Source: a virus (taxonomy: Duplodnaviria > Caudoviricetes). Taken from it: a stretch of DNA of 41,929 nucleotides. The notes beneath the pieces were generated by a model that saw only the letters and a list, made by a program, of their open reading frames with translations, made no database searches and was not told the origin of the DNA. Positions 37,439 through 41,929 of this stretch are shown here, one piece after another. The stretch covers positions 1-41,929 of the IMG/VR virus record IMGVR_UViG_3300035701_000087. The stretch is one strand, 5' to 3'. The stretch's first letter is position 1. Each line of letters starts with the position of its first letter. Both the position numbers and the translations under genes were made by a program.

Positions 37439-38161
37439 ATGTATAAATTTTCACCCACCGGATTAGCATTATTCAATAATTGTCCAAGATGTTTCTGGTT
37501 GAACTGGCATGGGATTAAGGTCCCGCGAGGCATATTCCCTTCTCTTCCTGGAGGCATGGACCTGGTTATTAAGAAATATTTTGATAGTTACAGAGAACAA
37601 GATAAACTTCCACCGGAAATAGAAGGACAACTGGAAGGCAAGTTATTTAAAGAAACAAAATTACTCGAGTCCTGGCGTTCCTGGAGAAATACAAATCTAA
37701 TTTACCATGATAAAGAAAATCAAGTCCAGATATCTGGGGCCTTGGATGATTGTATCCAAGATGGAGAGTTTCTAATACCACTGGATTATAAGACAAGAGG
37801 ATCCGCTCTTAAATCTGATAATGTATCTTACTATACATTCCAATTATCTACTTATGAATTATTATTATCTACCAACTATCCAACCACTAATTATGGATAT
37901 CTATTATTCTTCTGGCCTAAGAAAGTAGAAACTAATTGTATAGTAACATTTGAAACAAGACTTCTAACCATTCCAACCAAAATGCAGATAGTTAAAGATA
38001 CTATTGTTCATGCAAAAGAATGTATAGAAGGAGATATTCCTGATTCATCTCCTGAATGTGAGATGTGTAAATATATTCAAGAAGTATCTAAAGAAAATAA
38101 ACGAATAGAAACATTTGTAAAAGATAATTCAGAAGCTTCTCAATTAGAAGATTATTTTTAA
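37439..38161 (+). CDS. PD-(D/E)XK nuclease, Cas4/RecB-like
   Basis: SPT...CPRC, GALDD, LDYKT, QLSTY, CEMC. Confidence 0.88.
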   Translation: MYKFSPTGLALFNNCPRCFWLNWHGIKVPRGIFPSLPGGMDLVIKKYFDSYREQDKLPPEIEGQLEGKLFKETKLLESWRSWRNTNLIYHDKENQVQISGALDDCIQDGEFLIPLDYKTRGSALKSDNVSYYTFQLSTYELLLSTNYPTTNYGYLLFFWPKKVETNCIVTFETRLLTIPTKMQIVKDTIVHAKECIEGDIPDSSPECEMCKYIQEVSKENKRIETFVKDNSEASQLEDYF

Positions 38162-38175
38162 ATTAGGAGGACTCT

Positions 38176-38367
38176 ATGAAAATCTATTATCAACTCATTA
38201 TGTTTTCAATCATGTCTATCAATGCTTACATTGTTCTGGGATTGATTTCAAAATACTCTGTCTCATGGATTGGTAGGTTTCTGGAAGGAATATCTGTTGG
38301 ACTAAATTTATTCTCAGGAATTCTATGCCTGATATTCTTAATAAGAAACAATACACTTGACAAATAA
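38176..38367 (+). CDS. Small membrane protein
   Basis: GGAGG SD; two hydrophobic segments. Confidence 0.55.
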   Translation: MKIYYQLIMFSIMSINAYIVLGLISKYSVSWIGRFLEGISVGLNLFSGILCLIFLIRNNTLDK

Positions 38368-38385
38368 TATATTATCATGTATATA
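38357..38385 (+). promoter_or_regulatory. Sigma70-type promoter
   Basis: TTGACA-17 bp-TATATA. Confidence 0.5.
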
Positions 38386-38423
38386 TATAGCTTAAGTAGT
38401 TATAACATGAGTAATGACAAGTA

Positions 38424-38714
38424 ATGAAAATGAAAGAAAAACAAATCACCAAATTAATTGACCTCACATTAATAACAATCCTTATTTCCGCCATTCTTCT
38501 TTGTGCCGGCATTCTCCTGGACTCCCCAATCCTAATCATTATCCTATCCATTCTTATCATTATCTCCTTCGCTTCCATCTTAGTATTTATCATGCACGGT
38601 AAATTCTCCCTACTTATATTCTTATATATTATCTTATATAGTAGTATATCTATCTCTTATATATCTATATGTCAAGTATATACTCTTCGTAATTATATCA
38701 ATACTATTTACTGA
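38424..38714 (+). CDS. Possible multi-TM membrane protein
   Basis: Very hydrophobic, atypical pyrimidine-rich sequence, no clear SD. Confidence 0.35.
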   Translation: MKMKEKQITKLIDLTLITILISAILLCAGILLDSPILIIILSILIIISFASILVFIMHGKFSLLIFLYIILYSSISISYISICQVYTLRNYINTIY

Positions 38715-38847
38715 CGAGGATTTATGAATAATAATATGAATACAGTATATATAAACCGCAACCTAAAGAATATCAAAAGGAATGCATTATACTTAGACCT
38801 CTATCAATTGTCCAAACGGTTGAAGAATACTGCATTAGAATCCAACA

Positions 38848-38875
38848 AGTTAACATAATAACACTTATCGGAACC
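38848..38875 (-). other. XerC/XerD dif-like recombination site
   Basis: Minus strand GGTTCCGATAA-GTGTTA-TTATGTTAACT versus E. coli dif GGTGCGCATAA-TGTATA-TTATGTTAAAT. Confidence 0.82.
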
Positions 38876-39003
38876 ACGAGAAATGCAATATAATGTAGAA
38901 AAGTTAGAAAAAAAATATATAAGAAATCCAAGTAGAGTAAAATTAAGTAATTGTCAAATCTTAATTTGTGGATATGTAAAATAAAATATATATAAATAAG
39001 ATA

Positions 39004-39219
39004 ATGGGGGAGAGTATGAACTACAAAGATGAATATTCCGAACTGGAGAAGAATAAAGTATCAGTCTACCTGCAACATAGAAAAATAAAGAATATAGAAT
39101 TCAGGAAAGATGATATAGAAATAACATTGGATGATGGTTCTTTGATTGAAGGCGAGATAGATATTGATTTCATATTAACTGAAATAGAAGAAGCAGAAAA
39201 GGAAAAGAATTGTGAATGA
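39004..39219 (+). CDS. Hypothetical acidic protein
   Basis: ORF; likely start 39016 after GGAG. Confidence 0.55.
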   Translation: MGESMNYKDEYSELEKNKVSVYLQHRKIKNIEFRKDDIEITLDDGSLIEGEIDIDFILTEIEEAEKEKNCE

Positions 39220-39400
39220 ATATAAAGAACCAATATTAGATTTGAAAGGAAAATTACTTCCCGGAATATGTCCAGTGTGTCTTGGAAAGAAAAAGATAGT
39301 CCAGAGATTCAAAACATTTGCGAATCTGAAATATAAAAATGTTCCTTGCAGGAGATGCGGCGGGAGTGGAACTGTAAAAATAATTGGAGGAACGAAATGA
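39212..39400 (+). CDS. DnaJ-type zinc-finger small protein
   Basis: CPVCLG...CRRCGGSG. Confidence 0.6.
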   Translation: MNEYKEPILDLKGKLLPGICPVCLGKKKIVQRFKTFANLKYKNVPCRRCGGSGTVKIIGGTK

Positions 39401-39621
39401 TTAATTATTTAGAGACCAAAGTTGGAGATATTCTAAAAGTAGTTGAACCGGGAGCACCTGGATATTATGAGATAGGAGAATTAGTTAGAGTTGTTTCGGT
39501 TCATCTGAATGGAATATTTACAGAAAACAGAGATGGAACCCGGGTTGAATTTGTTTTCAATTGTGGTGCCGCAAGATTAGAACCAACGGAATGGAAAGAT
39601 GGGGAGCCTAAAAGTTTATAG
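39397..39621 (+). CDS. Hypothetical protein
   Basis: GGAGG SD; ATGA overlap. Confidence 0.55.
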   Translation: MINYLETKVGDILKVVEPGAPGYYEIGELVRVVSVHLNGIFTENRDGTRVEFVFNCGAARLEPTEWKDGEPKSL

Positions 39622-39630
39622 AGAATTATT

Positions 39631-41433
39631 ATGTTAGTCAAAACAAAATCATTCAGACAACCTAAAGTAGAATATGCCAGAACTCATGACATGGATAAAC
39701 TTGCCTTTGTCTTGAAGATAAAAAAGTCAGTTGAGAATGGCGGACGTGGCATAGTATCCGAGTTGGCCCGGGAACACGGGATATCAAGGCAGACAATTTA
39801 CAATATGGTGCGTTCCAATGTAGATGTTAATTCAATCCAAGAGAAAGTAAAAAAGATAGTTAAGAAGACAGGGGATAATTACAAACAGGCATTATATAAT
39901 ATAAGAGCAATCCGCAGAACAGATAATCCAATAGACTTTATAGAATCAGAAGACTTATTGAATTTTAAATTATTTCCAATGCAGAGATTAATAATAAAAT
40001 GTTTTTATGGAATGCCTTTGGATGGCGGCGAGATGCAGATGATTAAGAAATTAGAGAAAGAGGGACGCACTACATATAAGGGCCCGAAGAAATATAGAGA
40101 GTTGGTTGTGAATGCCGGAATGAAGTCGGGCAAGACTCCAACTGCAGGAGTGATATCCTGTCTTGAAGAATATAATTGTTATTTGAAAGGCGACCTTGCC
40201 AAGCATTATGGCTTCCCACCCGGGAAAGAGGTATACATTCTAAATGTTGCGGTCAATGGAGACCAGGCAAAGGAAACTATATTTGCAGAGATAAAGGCAA
40301 GAGTAAAGAATTCTCCGTATTATGCTTTGAGAAAACCTACAAATGAGACCGATACTAAATTCGTATTTGATAATAATGTCATCATTCGTTCTGGACATTC
40401 AAATTCATCTTCTCTTGTAGGGCCAATAAACAAATTAGTATGCTTTGATGAATTGGCAAGGTTTACGGATCAGGGTGGCAAGTATTCTGCGGATAGAGTA
40501 TACTATGCTCTTATTCGTTCGGTTGAGCCATTCCAGGAGGATGGCAGAATAATAGATATCTCATCTCCATTATTCGATGGGGATATTATATGTGACTTAT
40601 ATCACAAGTCAAAAGATATAGATAATATGTTGGGTTTTCATATTCCCACTTGGGACTTTAATCCGAACCTTCCATTCAAATCGGAACGTATGCAGAATGA
40701 GTTAAAGAAAAATCCAGAAGCATTCTGGAGAGACTTTGGAGCTCAACCATCTATGTCCCAAGAATCATATTACCGGGACCCTGAAAGATTAGAGAAATTA
40801 TTTGCGGCTTCAAAAAAAGAAAATCCAATTGATTCATCAGGTAAACTAAAATCTTGGTTTAAGGGAAAACCCGGGATGGCTTATTATCTTCATGCCGACC
40901 CTTCAGTTAAGAATGATGCTTATGGATTGGCTCTTGGACATGAAGAAGGCAAAAGAACAGTAATTGACCTTGCCCACAGATTTATTCCCAAGAAAGGCGG
41001 AGAGATAGATATCCGGGAAATAGAATTTTTTATTATGGATTTAATCCAACGAGGATTTTCTATCAAACTATTTTCTTATGACACCTGGCAAGCCACTGGA
41101 ATTGCTCAATGTTTGAATCGCCTTGGAATAAAATCAGAGAATAGATTTATCCTAAAAGATGAACATGATTATTTGAAAGAGTTGATTTATACAGAAAATA
41201 TTGATATATATATGAGCGAGGTATTATTAAAAGAGTTGAAAGGACTTGACTTGATATCCGGTAAAAGAGTTGACCATAAGAGAGGCGGTTCTAAAGATAT
41301 TGCCGATGCGGTGGCAGGGGTGGCAATCTCCTGCAGAAGCAATCCGAGTGTAGATGCAGGGATGGTCGCTTATGATCCAACTCCATCTGACTTTGCACCG
41401 GAGAGAAGAAATTCATTCTGGAGAGGACTATGA
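39631..41433 (+). CDS. terL: Terminase large subunit with N-terminal HTH extension
   Basis: AGMKSGKT Walker A, VCFDE Walker B, ISSP, HADPS and KDIADAVAG nuclease motifs; directly before portal. Confidence 0.9.
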   Translation: MLVKTKSFRQPKVEYARTHDMDKLAFVLKIKKSVENGGRGIVSELAREHGISRQTIYNMVRSNVDVNSIQEKVKKIVKKTGDNYKQALYNIRAIRRTDNPIDFIESEDLLNFKLFPMQRLIIKCFYGMPLDGGEMQMIKKLEKEGRTTYKGPKKYRELVVNAGMKSGKTPTAGVISCLEEYNCYLKGDLAKHYGFPPGKEVYILNVAVNGDQAKETIFAEIKARVKNSPYYALRKPTNETDTKFVFDNNVIIRSGHSNSSSLVGPINKLVCFDELARFTDQGGKYSADRVYYALIRSVEPFQEDGRIIDISSPLFDGDIICDLYHKSKDIDNMLGFHIPTWDFNPNLPFKSERMQNELKKNPEAFWRDFGAQPSMSQESYYRDPERLEKLFAASKKENPIDSSGKLKSWFKGKPGMAYYLHADPSVKNDAYGLALGHEEGKRTVIDLAHRFIPKKGGEIDIREIEFFIMDLIQRGFSIKLFSYDTWQATGIAQCLNRLGIKSENRFILKDEHDYLKELIYTENIDIYMSEVLLKELKGLDLISGKRVDHKRGGSKDIADAVAGVAISCRSNPSVDAGMVAYDPTPSDFAPERRNSFWRGL

Positions 41434-41929
41434 AAATAACAGACAGATTATTAGAAAGCATTGCAGGAAATTTGATTGGTAAAAAGGTTGATGAGAAAGT
41501 TGAGAAATTAAAAGAGGCACTTATCATTCCGCAGGATGGGATTGATAAAGATGAACATCTCTGGAGATTACTTACAAAAAACAAAGATAGAAATTTAGAC
41601 CCATTAACTCAGGACAGAATGATTGAGATTGCCGTTTGGTTGAATACGATGAATGGTTTTGCTCATCGTATTCTTGAGATGAATAAAGATTTTGTTATTG
41701 GTGATGGAATTCGTTATGAAGCCAAGGATGCTTCAGTGAGAGAGATTTTGGATGAACATTGGTATGATTCGGTTAATAACTGGTCTTTAAAACAATTCAA
41801 TCGTGTAATGGAACTTGGTTTATATGGCGAGCAATTATATCCGGTGTTTGTGAATGAACATAATGGCTTTGTAAGACTTGGAGTTATTGACCCTTCACAG
41901 ATTTCAAAGATAACAGTCAATCCAGAAAA
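41430..41929 (+). CDS. Portal protein, N-terminal part (continues at the window start)
   Basis: ATGA overlap with terL stop; open frame MKITDRLLES...FVIGDGI... runs into MELGLYGEQ. Confidence 0.85.
   Translation, partial: MKITDRLLESIAGNLIGKKVDEKVEKLKEALIIPQDGIDKDEHLWRLLTKNKDRNLDPLTQDRMIEIAVWLNTMNGFAHRILEMNKDFVIGDGIRYEAKDASVREILDEHWYDSVNNWSLKQFNRVMELGLYGEQLYPVFVNEHNGFVRLGVIDPSQISKITVNPE
41803..41929. repeat. Direct terminal overlap, right copy
   Basis: Identical to 1-127. Confidence 0.97.

Noticed and set aside
37439-38161. Cas4-like gene as part of a CRISPR system
   Set aside because: No repeat-spacer array or other cas genes seen; solo Cas4-like nucleases are common in phages.
38440-38720. 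Pyrimidine-rich patch as an origin or skew switch
   Set aside because: Can be explained by an Ile/Leu/Ser-rich hydrophobic ORF, and a better origin candidate lies in the initiator gene.
540-41920. Minus-strand ORFs in the track
   Set aside because: They overlap well-supported plus-strand genes and have shadow-ORF composition with no recognisable motifs.
41803-41929. 127-bp repeat as a biological terminal repeat
   Set aside because: It falls in the middle of the portal gene and 127 is a common assembler k-mer length; best read as a circular-contig overlap.
1-41929. Stop-codon reassignment, tRNA or rRNA genes
   Set aside because: Genes tile densely under the standard code using all three stops; no cloverleaf or rRNA-like sequence was seen in the short intergenic gaps.

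Overview
The window is an apparently complete, circularly assembled tailed-phage (siphovirus-type) genome of about 41,802 bp; bases 1-127 are identical to 41803-41929. All credible genes are on the + strand. Gene order: terminase with an N-terminal HTH, portal (split by the window ends), MuF, a 1292-aa multidomain protein, a fused prohead protease-scaffold-capsid gene, six signal-peptide genes, holin-like genes, neck/tail genes, an M15-type endolysin candidate, then a recombination/replication module (YopX, AAA ATPase, SSB-like, RuvC, NUMOD3 endonuclease, initiator with iterons, DnaC-like, DnaB, Cas4-like nuclease). No integrase or repressor is recognisable, but there is a XerCD dif-like site at 38848-38875. 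The main candidate for an undescribed system is the head-module 1292-aa protein: D12 adenine methyltransferase + nucleotidyltransferase-like + HEXXH metallopeptidase + two LigD 3'-phosphoesterase-like domains. Its linkers carry [ILM]-x-E motifs that match the specificity expected of the adjacent T4 gp21-like protease, suggesting a packaged enzyme cargo that is cut apart in the head. Also notable are the exported-protein cassette in the structural operon and two RNA leaders with the same switch-like topology. All family calls are by-eye motif recognition; no searches were run.
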